DNA from: an uncultured SAR324 cluster bacterium
GTDB lineage: Bacteria > SAR324 > NAC60-12
Reading direction: 5' to 3'
Assembly (NCBI GenBank): GCA_905182865.1
Contig: CAJJCY010000003.1
Span: 586,054 to 650,053, forward strand
DNA length: 64,000 nucleotides
In this document: positions 25,264 to 33,624 of the stretch, piece by piece
How the letters are laid out: each line of letters begins with the position of its first letter
How positions within the stretch are numbered: the stretch's first letter is position 1
Position numbers and translations under genes: made by a program
Notes under the pieces: generated by a model
Seen by the model: the letters and a program-made list of their open reading frames with translations, nothing else
The model's database searches: none
Told to the model about the DNA's origin: nothing

Positions 25264-26723
25264 TTTTCAATATCTCTTTGATTCCTGAGACCCAGCGTTT
25301 CGATTTTTTTACGTAATGTGTTTCTGTTTATTCCCAAAATTCTGGCTGATTTTTGCTGGTTCCAGTTAGTTTGTTCAAGGAGTAATTTCAGCAGGGGTCG
25401 TTCTACCTGAGGTAGTACTTCCGCCAATAGTGAATCTTTGTCGAATTCAACTGCATCCCGAACCAGTCCTTCCAGTTTTAAAGATGCAACCTCTTCAAGA
25501 CTCTCTCCATAATCTGTTACAGGCTGAGGCCTGAACAAATTTTTTGGCAAAGAATCCAACATTATTGTGCCAGTGACATTGATTATCATCAAGCTCTTGA
25601 CAGTATTTTCCAATTCACGGATGTTTCCCGGCCAGTTATAAAGAGCAAACACACGCATCACTTCGGGTTCTACTGTTTTGCTTCCGACAGCCATTTCTTT
25701 GCTTCCCTTCTCCAGAAAATGTTCAGTTAAAACTGGAATATCTTCCCGTCGTTCACGCAAGGGAGCAATATTAAGCGGGAAAACATTCAGCCGATAATAC
25801 AGGTCAGTCCGGAAGTTTGAATTTTTAATCAAATTTTCCAGGTTCTGGTGGGTGGCAGTAATCACTCTCATATTTGTCGTGATTAGCTCTTGCCCCCCAA
25901 CTCGTTCAAATTGTTTTTCCTGCAAGACCCTCAAGAGTTTACTCTGGAGCCTCATCGGCATGTCTCCAATCTCGTCCAGAAACAACGTTCCCTGACTGGC
26001 AAGTTCCAGTTTACCACGCTTGCGTTCGGTTGCACCAGTAAAAGCACCTTTTTCGTGACCAAATAATTCTGATTCCATCAACTCAGAAGGAATCGCAGCA
26101 CAGTTAATTGCAACAAATGGTTGACTGGAGCGTAAAGAATGCTGGTGAATGGATCGTGCAATCAGTTCCTTCCCTGTTCCGCTTTCGCCTTGAATGAGTA
26201 CTGTCAAATCTGTAGCTGCGACTCGACCGATTGCCTTATATAGGTCACGCATCACTTTGCTTTGACCGGCCAGTAAATCGTCTGCTTTTTTTCCAGATTT
26301 TATTCTTTTAGTTTCCGGAGTACTCAGCGGAACTCGAAGTGCACGTTTTACCAGTTCTTCAATTTCATCAATGTTAAAAGGCTTGGCCACATAATCAAAA
26401 GCACCGGCTTTCATTGCTTCAACTGTGTTATACATCGTACTCTGACCGGTCATTACAATAGTCAACAGAGACGGAAATTCTTTTAAAATTTCCCGGGTGA
26501 ATGAAAGACCGTCTTTTCCGGGCAGGTTAATGTCAACAAAAGCGAGACGGATCGGATGTTTCTGAAGGAGTGGTCTTGCTTCCAAAACGTCTGCAGCCAG
26601 ATGAGGAATATAGCCGGCTTGTGATAAAGTGCGTTCCAGAACCCAGCGGATACTATGTTCATCATCTAAGACCAATATTTGAGATGATTCTTTGCTTTGT
26701 TCAATTATCTCCTGTTTGGACAT
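25260..26723 (-). CDS. Sigma-54-dependent response regulator (REC + AAA+ + Fis-type HTH; NtrC family)
   Basis: 487-aa ORF with a receiver domain (VLDDE…FVDINLPGKDG…KPF), GESGTGKE, GAFTGA and a C-terminal HTH (ARILGINRNTLRKK). Confidence 0.9.
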   Translation of the reverse strand: MSKQEIIEQSKESSQILVLDDEHSIRWVLERTLSQAGYIPHLAADVLEARPLLQKHPIRLAFVDINLPGKDGLSFTREILKEFPSLLTIVMTGQSTMYNTVEAMKAGAFDYVAKPFNIDEIEELVKRALRVPLSTPETKRIKSGKKADDLLAGQSKVMRDLYKAIGRVAATDLTVLIQGESGTGKELIARSIHQHSLRSSQPFVAINCAAIPSELMESELFGHEKGAFTGATERKRGKLELASQGTLFLDEIGDMPMRLQSKLLRVLQEKQFERVGGQELITTNMRVITATHQNLENLIKNSNFRTDLYYRLNVFPLNIAPLRERREDIPVLTEHFLEKGSKEMAVGSKTVEPEVMRVFALYNWPGNIRELENTVKSLMIINVTGTIMLDSLPKNLFRPQPVTDYGESLEEVASLKLEGLVRDAVEFDKDSLLAEVLPQVERPLLKLLLEQTNWNQQKSARILGINRNTLRKKIETLGLRNQRDIEK

Positions 26724-26790
26724 AGTTTATATTTTTGTTTTTTGAATCCAAGCACGGATAACAATTTGTCATGCCGTCGGAAAAAGTCCT

Positions 26791-27720
26791 TCAGGAATTT
26801 TGTATGCTCTTGGAGACGGTATTCAGGAAACCATCTGGCAGTAAATCCTCTTTTGCTAGGAACTTAAACAGGCTCAACAATGATTCCCGCATACTCACTA
26901 AATCTTCTTCCAGAGGGTTAGCGTTTTCCAGGAACCATTTTCCCAGGAAATTTTTGATCAACTCCGAGTCCCATTCTGAAATGGGTGGTGGCTCAAAATC
27001 AACCAGGAAAACCTCCAAATCCTCTTCCACTTGCTCTTGTTTCTCAGGAGGCACTAGTTTCATAAATTTTTTATAAACATCTGTTTCGATTGCTGGTGTC
27101 CGTTCTTCCGGTTTTTCTTCATCCAACAGTTCTCCATCTTCTTCTAAAATAGAATCGTCTTTTTCTGAACCTTCCATTTGTTTGGTAAGCTCCTGAATAA
27201 AATCATGATTGCGTTTTTCAAACTCTTCCATTGCTGCAGGCAAACTGTTTAGATCCAGTTTTTCTCCTTCTACTGCTGAACGTGTTTTCAGGAAAAGTGC
27301 AATTAGTACTGGGTTAGAAAGGTGTGGAATTTTGTCACTGTTCTCAATTTGATGACGGGTTGCTTTTGCCAAAACAGATTTAATTGATTTTTCAGAATGT
27401 GCTGATTCCAACTGTTCAAGTCTCTGGTCAAGATCTGCAATAAACTCTTCAGTCAGAAGTTCCAATATTATTTCTATTTCTGTTTTTTCACTTTCCAGCA
27501 ATGTACGGAGTTTCTCCTCACCCATATTTAAATCGGTCAGTTCCGGTTCAAATGCCAGCGTGGGTAAAGTATTCAGGAGTTGTTCAAGTTGTTGTGGAGA
27601 GCCTCCTTGTTGAGAGTTTTTCTTGGGCATTGCTTTGCGGCGCCGGATCATTTTCTTTTGACGCTTTTCCTTTTGACGCTTTAGCATCCCTGTTTTTTTT
27701 TGTTTTCTTTTTTTAGCCAT
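26791..27720 (-). CDS. Hypothetical protein: Lys/Arg-rich N-terminus, strongly acidic remainder
   Basis: Long ORF with no family I recognise. I prefer ATG 27720 (MAKKRKQKKTGMLKRQKEKRQKKMIRRRKAMPKK…) over the track's TTG 27741. It lies directly upstream of the NtrC-type gene. Confidence 0.55.
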   Translation of the reverse strand: MAKKRKQKKTGMLKRQKEKRQKKMIRRRKAMPKKNSQQGGSPQQLEQLLNTLPTLAFEPELTDLNMGEEKLRTLLESEKTEIEIILELLTEEFIADLDQRLEQLESAHSEKSIKSVLAKATRHQIENSDKIPHLSNPVLIALFLKTRSAVEGEKLDLNSLPAAMEEFEKRNHDFIQELTKQMEGSEKDDSILEEDGELLDEEKPEERTPAIETDVYKKFMKLVPPEKQEQVEEDLEVFLVDFEPPPISEWDSELIKNFLGKWFLENANPLEEDLVSMRESLLSLFKFLAKEDLLPDGFLNTVSKSIQNS

Positions 27721-27743
27721 TTTAAATAGACAAGTTTTCAAGT

Positions 27744-27759
27744 TGTGAAATCAATCACA
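27744..27759. promoter_or_regulatory. Perfect palindrome TGTGA-N6-TCACA (also reads as TGT-N10-ACA); candidate activator binding site
   Basis: tgtgaaatcaatcaca, in the divergent intergenic region. It is centred ~50 nt upstream of the -24 element at 27800. Confidence 0.5.
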
Positions 27760-27799
27760 CATTATTGCAGAATTATCAAATAAAATCACGTCAAATTAG

Positions 27800-27815
27800 T
27801 GGCTTGTTATTTGCT
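27800..27815 (+). promoter_or_regulatory. Sigma-54 (-24/-12) promoter candidate
   Basis: TGGCttgttatTTGCt has GG and GC separated by exactly 10 nt and matches TGGC-N7-TTGC(T/A). It lies ~90 nt upstream of ATG 27906. Confidence 0.65.
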
Positions 27816-27905
27816 CGCTTCTTGTTTAGTTTGACAGGATCAAAAAACAATACATTTACTTTCAACAGAGAAGTCCAAAATTCTTTCTAATTGCAGGTTA
27901 GTTTA

Positions 27906-29486
27906 ATGAATCAGATTCGAAAATATTGGCTGGGACTAATAATGATTGGTGGATTAGCAGTAATTGCCGTTGCAGGTGGTGACGTTGGAAGTTCACCAAT
28001 ATTCCCCATTCCACTCGATTCTTATGGAGATGCAGACCTGATTAAAAGTGGAGATATTTTCGCTGTTCTGGGGAACCGTATTACACATACACCGTTTAAT
28101 CTGTTTGCATCACTTATTTTTTTGTTTGCTATTATGCATACATTTGCTGCAGTAAAAATCACCGGCATTGCAAAAAAAATGGAACTTACTCATGCTGAAC
28201 AAATGAGAAAGTCGGGTAAATCTGAGGAAGAAATAGAACATAATCCACCAGTTCTAGCTGAAATGCTGCATTTTTTTGGTGAAGTAGAAGCAATTTTCGG
28301 AATTTGGGTTATCGTTTTGGCAACAGTAATGATTTCTTTTTATGATTGGTCCACTTTCAAAATTTATATAGCACAAACAGTAAATTACACTGAACCAATG
28401 TTTGTAGTGGTCATTATGGCCTTGGCTGCAACACGTCCGGTAATGCAGTTGGCTAAACAAATCTTGGGTAAATTTGCCGCTATCGGCAAGAATTCTCCAG
28501 GTGCGTGGTGGTTGTCTATTTTAACTTTAGCTCCAATATTGGGCTCATTCATTACAGAGCCGGCGGCAATGACAATAGCTGCTATGCTTTTGGCTGAACA
28601 GTTTTACCGACTTAAACCTTCCAGTAAACTTGCCTACGCTACAATCGGGCTGCTCTTTGTAAACATTTCGGTTGGTGGTACTCTTACCAATTTTGCCGCC
28701 CCTCCTGTACTGATGGTGAAAACACCCTGGGACTGGACCTCTTCATTTATGGCACTCAACTTTGGCTGGAAAGCAATATTGGGAATTCTCATTTCAAACT
28801 TAATTTATTATTATGCGTTTAAAAAAGAGTTTTCCAAGTTTGCATCCGCATTTGAAGCAGAAGCAGAAATGGAAAAAGATTCAGAGCGTCATGAAGATTC
28901 TATCCCAATATGGATCACTGCAGTACATCTTCTTTTCATGGGCTGGACTGTGTTCAATGCACACTATCCACCACTTTTCATAGGGGGATTTTTGTTCTTC
29001 CTTGGTTTTGCAATGTCAACCAAAGCACATCAAAGCCATATCAATTTGAAACCACCCCTACTGGTAGGATTTTTCCTGGCGGGTTTGGTAACACACGGTG
29101 GAGTTCAGGCTTGGTGGATTGCTCCTGTTTTGGGTTCCCTGGGTGACTTGCCGCTAATGGTGATGGCTACTGTGCTGACAGCATTCAATGATAATGCGGC
29201 AATTACATACTTGAGCACTTTGGTCCCGGACTTTGCTATTTCAGCAAAATATGCGGTGGTTGCCGGAGCTGTGACTGGAGGGGGATTAACGGTGATTGCA
29301 AACGCTCCTAATCCTGCAGGCCAATCCATTTTGTCAAAATTTTTCCCCGGTGGAGTGAATCCTGCCAAGCTTGCTTTGGGAGCAATCATTCCCACGATCA
29401 TTATGGGATTGGCCTTTATGGCTATTCCGCAAGATGTCAAGGACCCACAACAAGGTGGAAGTCTCAAAGTAGAAGCCACTCACTGA
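27906..29486 (+). CDS. Polytopic membrane transporter, paralog 1. Ion-transporter-superfamily-like; possibly the DUF1504 'putative Na+/H+ antiporter' family.
   Basis: Long hydrophobic ORF. I prefer ATG 27906 over the track's TTG 27891. Conserved blocks are shared with paralog 2: SFITEPAAMTIAA, AYATIGLLFVNISVGGTLT, FAAPPVLMV, FNDNAAITYL, VIANAPNPAGQSIL. The family call is from memory only. Confidence 0.55.
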   Translation: MNQIRKYWLGLIMIGGLAVIAVAGGDVGSSPIFPIPLDSYGDADLIKSGDIFAVLGNRITHTPFNLFASLIFLFAIMHTFAAVKITGIAKKMELTHAEQMRKSGKSEEEIEHNPPVLAEMLHFFGEVEAIFGIWVIVLATVMISFYDWSTFKIYIAQTVNYTEPMFVVVIMALAATRPVMQLAKQILGKFAAIGKNSPGAWWLSILTLAPILGSFITEPAAMTIAAMLLAEQFYRLKPSSKLAYATIGLLFVNISVGGTLTNFAAPPVLMVKTPWDWTSSFMALNFGWKAILGILISNLIYYYAFKKEFSKFASAFEAEAEMEKDSERHEDSIPIWITAVHLLFMGWTVFNAHYPPLFIGGFLFFLGFAMSTKAHQSHINLKPPLLVGFFLAGLVTHGGVQAWWIAPVLGSLGDLPLMVMATVLTAFNDNAAITYLSTLVPDFAISAKYAVVAGAVTGGGLTVIANAPNPAGQSILSKFFPGGVNPAKLALGAIIPTIIMGLAFMAIPQDVKDPQQGGSLKVEATH

Positions 29487-29744
29487 TTATAGTATTGTTT
29501 CAGTGAAGTGCAGAAATTCTGAAAAACACTTACCTTTTTGTTAAATCCCGATTTAAATGTTAAATTTTTATTGAACATGCATGAAAATAATTGATAGGAT
29601 CACTTTGTCGTAGTCTGACTGTTTGAGTTTTATAACTTAAGAATTACCAAGAAAATAATTTCACTAGGTGGTAGAAATTAAATCTGAATAAATTTTGTTA
29701 AGTATGCAATTTATCGTTTAATAAACCTCTCACGAAGGAGATCT

Positions 29745-31388
29745 ATGAAAAAATTTATAAAAGGACTCTTAACTGCCGGAATTTTGGTCCTAATTAGTAC
29801 AGGTGTAAATGCTTCTAAAGGAGAGGATTCAACTCCCTTTCCTGTACCTCTGAGCTGCTACTCTGAAGATTATGGTTCCCCTAATTTTTTAGCGGAGAGG
29901 TGTGATCAGGTTCACGGATCTGAAGGCTTCCGGGATCCGGAAGGAGCAAGTATTGTTGAGATACTATCCCATCGCATTAGTGCAAATCCGTTCAATTTAG
30001 TTGTATCATTGATTTTTCTGATTGCCATTCTGCACACATTCATGGCCAACAAGTTGACGGCCAAAGCACACCAGATTCATGAAGAGCATGATGAGCGGAT
30101 GAAAGCGGCTGGTGCTTCTGGAGAAGAAATCAAGCATGACGTTCCTTTCAAAGCAGAGCTTTTTCACTTTCTGGGAGAAGTTGAAGTTGTGTTTGGAATG
30201 TGGGTCATTGCCGTGTTGTTTGTCACAATCGGATTTTTTGATTGGGCGACATTTAAGAATTACATGGTCTACGACCGAGTTTTCATTGAGCCAATGTTTG
30301 TGGTTGTAATCATGGCAATTGCTTCCACGAGACCGGTTGTCAAGGTTTCAGAACAGTTACTGGGTCTTGCAGCCGGTTTAGGAGGTCACAGTAAAGCAGC
30401 CTGGTGGTTCTCAATCCTGCTGATTGCTCCCCTGCTTGGTTCTTTTATCACCGAACCTGCTGCAATGACGATTGCCGCTCTTTTATTGGCCAACCAATTT
30501 TACAAGTATAAGCCGTCTTCCGGATTTGCCTATGCCACGATTGGTCTGCTCTTCGTCAATATCTCAGTTGGTGGTACACTGACCCATTTTGCTGCTCCGC
30601 CGGTACTGATGGTTGCCGCACCCTGGAACTGGGACATGAGTTTTATGGCCAGTAATTTTGGCTGGAAGGCAGCTTTGGGTATCCTCATTTCCAATGTGAT
30701 TTACTTCATTATCTTTCGTAGTCAGTTTGCTAAAATGGGTAAGCAGGATGAGGTAGAAGCAAGCACTAATTTTCATACACCGGAAGTGCAGACACTAAAA
30801 CCTGGTCAGATCAGTCACGAAGAATTCGAAGCCAGGTGGTCTGAAAGAGAAGTTCCAATTCCGTGGTGGGTCACTCTGGTTCATATATTTTTTCTAGCTT
30901 GGACAGTATATACTGCACATTATCCGGCATTGTTTATTCCAGGCTTGCTATTTTTTCTGGGATTTTTGTCGCTCACTGCAACGCATCAGAACAAGATGGA
31001 ACTCAAGGGACCGATCATGGTTGGTTTTTTCCTTGGAGGCTTGATCATTCACGGCGGCCTGCAGGCCTGGTGGATTGCTCCAGTATTGGGCTCGCTGGCG
31101 GAACTGCCTTTGATGTTGACTGCAACTGTTTTGACTGCTGTCAATGACAATGCGGCAATTACTTATCTTGCGACTTTAGTACCGAACATGGCCGAAGCTT
31201 CGAAATATGCGGTTGTAGCTGGGGCAGTCACCGGTGGAGGATTGACGGTGATTGCGAACGCCCCTAACCCGGCGGGACAGTCTATACTTGGACGCTTTTT
31301 TGAAAATGGCGTAAATCCTTTAAAATTGTTGATTGCTGCTCTAATTCCTACGATTATTATGGGAATTTGTTTCATGGTACTTCCATAA
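29745..31388 (+). CDS. Polytopic membrane transporter, paralog 2 of the upstream gene
   Basis: 547-aa ORF, colinear with 27906-29486 along the whole membrane domain. GGAG RBS at 29737-29740. It has a signal-peptide-like N-terminus and a longer, Cys-containing extracytoplasmic segment. Confidence 0.55.
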   Translation: MKKFIKGLLTAGILVLISTGVNASKGEDSTPFPVPLSCYSEDYGSPNFLAERCDQVHGSEGFRDPEGASIVEILSHRISANPFNLVVSLIFLIAILHTFMANKLTAKAHQIHEEHDERMKAAGASGEEIKHDVPFKAELFHFLGEVEVVFGMWVIAVLFVTIGFFDWATFKNYMVYDRVFIEPMFVVVIMAIASTRPVVKVSEQLLGLAAGLGGHSKAAWWFSILLIAPLLGSFITEPAAMTIAALLLANQFYKYKPSSGFAYATIGLLFVNISVGGTLTHFAAPPVLMVAAPWNWDMSFMASNFGWKAALGILISNVIYFIIFRSQFAKMGKQDEVEASTNFHTPEVQTLKPGQISHEEFEARWSEREVPIPWWVTLVHIFFLAWTVYTAHYPALFIPGLLFFLGFLSLTATHQNKMELKGPIMVGFFLGGLIIHGGLQAWWIAPVLGSLAELPLMLTATVLTAVNDNAAITYLATLVPNMAEASKYAVVAGAVTGGGLTVIANAPNPAGQSILGRFFENGVNPLKLLIAALIPTIIMGICFMVLP

Positions 31389-31403
31389 AAAGGATTTTCA
31401 TGC

Positions 31404-31438
31404 ACAGCGGTGCGGGATTAATTCCCGCACCGCTGTTT
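31404..31438. terminator. Strong GC-rich hairpin between convergent genes (bidirectional terminator candidate)
   Basis: ACAGCGGTGCGGGA (31404-31417) pairs with TCCCGCACCGCTGT (31423-31436), with loop TTAAT, followed by TTT on the plus strand. Confidence 0.7.
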
Positions 31439-31467
31439 AGAGAATCATCTGATTATTTTTACTTAGC

Positions 31468-32034
31468 TTAAAGGTGCTTGTAAAAGTGCAGGCCTATAGA
31501 CGGACTGGAGGTCTTAATGAATAAATTATTTTCCAGGCTGATTTGTCTTTGAGCAATCTCAAAAGCCAGCCCCAGAATTTCAAAAGGAAACTCCCAGCCG
31601 ATCCCTAAATATCCTCCATTTCCTTTTAACTCACCAAGAGATCCCTGGGTTTTCAGTTGGTTTTTTGAAATACCCCAGCGCAAAAAAAGCCCCCCATCTC
31701 CCTGGAGTGGATCATGTTTGCCCTCCAGTCCCAGCTTCCAGAGTTCCATACGTTGTCCTCTGCCGATGCTTTCTGATTCTCTCGCAAAATCAATATACAT
31801 CAAACCAAGTGCCAAACCAAACGCGTTTTCATAGGGCTCTTCCAGCCAAAAATTAATTGTCGGTCCAATTCCGGAAGTTGTTTCATTTTCAATCTGGTTA
31901 CCGTATTTTAGCGTTACAGTATCAAAATGCTCACGGGCTCTTAGTTTCCACTTTTGTGCACTGACTGTTTCAGTCATGCAGAAATAAATAAATAACAGCC
32001 AAAAAATAAATTTATAGTTATTTTTGATAATCAT
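31468..32034 (-). CDS. Small outer-membrane beta-barrel-like protein (hypothetical)
   Basis: 188-aa ORF with a signal peptide ending …ETVSAQK, amphipathic strand pattern and aromatic-rich ends. Confidence 0.5.
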   Translation of the reverse strand: MIIKNNYKFIFWLLFIYFCMTETVSAQKWKLRAREHFDTVTLKYGNQIENETTSGIGPTINFWLEEPYENAFGLALGLMYIDFARESESIGRGQRMELWKLGLEGKHDPLQGDGGLFLRWGISKNQLKTQGSLGELKGNGGYLGIGWEFPFEILGLAFEIAQRQISLENNLFIKTSSPSIGLHFYKHL

Positions 32035-32431
32035 GATTTTGCATCTTATCTGTCAATAAACCATTTCAACTATTTTCAAGTGTTGTCAATCCAATCTCAC
32101 ACCATTTGTGCGACTTCAGAAGTCTGGAAGAATATTTATAAATTTCAAGGACAGCACTGACGATGCCGGATCCCATTTATTTTCAGGGTCTTCACATTTA
32201 CTTCATTATTATGAAGAAAGAATTATCAATAATTATAACAACGGCTGAACTTTAAAACGAGCTCTGCTATTCAATTAAAGCTCCTGACGTTTCAGCTCTC
32301 CGGAGAGTATGGTTAAGTCTGTCGAAGCAAGGACCAACGGTAAAAATGGCAAAAATATTTTGCGCCTTTTTTAGATTTCAATTAAAATTAGGGGTTAAAA
32401 TATTTTTTTGAACCTTATTCTTGAATCATAA

Positions 32432-33592
32432 ATGAACTACTCCGGTAATGTACATGAGATTAGCTTTGATGAAAAGCAAATCCTGCTCATCGGTACCGCA
32501 CACATTTCACAATCAAGTGTAGATGAAGTGAACTCTGTCATTGATCAGGAAAAGCCGGACACAGTTTGTATTGAACTCTGTTCTTCCCGACATCAGGCGA
32601 TGCTGGATAAAGATCAATGGAAAAACATGGACATTTATAAGGTTGTTCGTGAAGGTAAATCCTTTTTACTATTTGCAAATTTGATCATGACTGCCTTCCA
32701 AAAACGCTTGGGTTCTCAGCTAGGAGTAAAACCTGGTGCAGAAATGCTTGAAGCAGTAAATGCTGCAGAACGGGTCGGAGCGGAACTGATTTTGGTAGAC
32801 AGGGATGTTAAAATAACACTGCAGCGTACCTGGCGGGGGATGACATTTTGGGGCAGAATGAAAGTCTTGAGTCAACTTCTTGCCAGTTTGTTTGTACGTG
32901 AAGAAATCAGCAAGGAAGAAATAGAAAAACTCAAGGAAAGCGATGCACTTTCTGAAGCAATGCAGATGCTGGCAGAACAGTCTCCTGAAATGAAACGTAT
33001 TCTGATTGATGAAAGAGATCAGTTTATGGCAGAAAAAATAAAACTGGCTCAAGGTAAAAGGATTGTGGCAGTAGTTGGGGCCGGACATGTAAAAGGACTG
33101 ACGGCAGAACTGGAGCGGGAACATAATTTAGCTGAATTAGAGACAGTGCCTCCTCCTGGAAAAATTGGCACCTGGCTCAAATGGGGTATTCCAGCCTTGA
33201 TTATGGGGTTGGTTGCTTACGGATTTTTTACTGTTGAAACGGACGTTAGCATTGAAATGATTCAGCGCTGGTTTTTGATCAACGGCTCACTTTCAGCACT
33301 AGGGACTGCGCTTGCATTTGGTCATCCAATAACAATTGTAACTGCATTCGTGGCAGCACCCTTTACTTCTCTCAATCCTGCTGTTGCTGCAGGTTGGGTG
33401 GCAGGATTAGTTGAAGCATTTATACGTAAACCTCAGGTACGGGATTTTGAAAGCCTTGCAGATGATATCACACATTTGAGAGGTTTTTGGCAAAATAAGA
33501 TCACCAGAATTTTACTCGTAGTCATGTTCGCAAATTTAGGCAGTGCAATCGGCACATTTGTGGGAGGATTTGCCATTGCGTCTCTCCTTTAA
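32432..33592 (+). CDS. TraB/GumN-family protein with C-terminal membrane domain
   Basis: 386-aa ORF with ILLIGTAHISQSSVDEV and VVGAGHVKGL blocks typical of the TraB family. The C-terminal segments are hydrophobic. Confidence 0.75.
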   Translation: MNYSGNVHEISFDEKQILLIGTAHISQSSVDEVNSVIDQEKPDTVCIELCSSRHQAMLDKDQWKNMDIYKVVREGKSFLLFANLIMTAFQKRLGSQLGVKPGAEMLEAVNAAERVGAELILVDRDVKITLQRTWRGMTFWGRMKVLSQLLASLFVREEISKEEIEKLKESDALSEAMQMLAEQSPEMKRILIDERDQFMAEKIKLAQGKRIVAVVGAGHVKGLTAELEREHNLAELETVPPPGKIGTWLKWGIPALIMGLVAYGFFTVETDVSIEMIQRWFLINGSLSALGTALAFGHPITIVTAFVAAPFTSLNPAVAAGWVAGLVEAFIRKPQVRDFESLADDITHLRGFWQNKITRILLVVMFANLGSAIGTFVGGFAIASLL

Positions 33593-33624
33593 TCCGGAAG
33601 CAGAGATATTTCATGTGCAGACAC

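Noticed and set aside
32347-32364. TGGCAaaaatattTTGC upstream of traB, which looks like a sigma-54 promoter.
   Set aside because: GG and GC are separated by 12 nt, not the required 10, so the spacing is incompatible with -24/-12 recognition.
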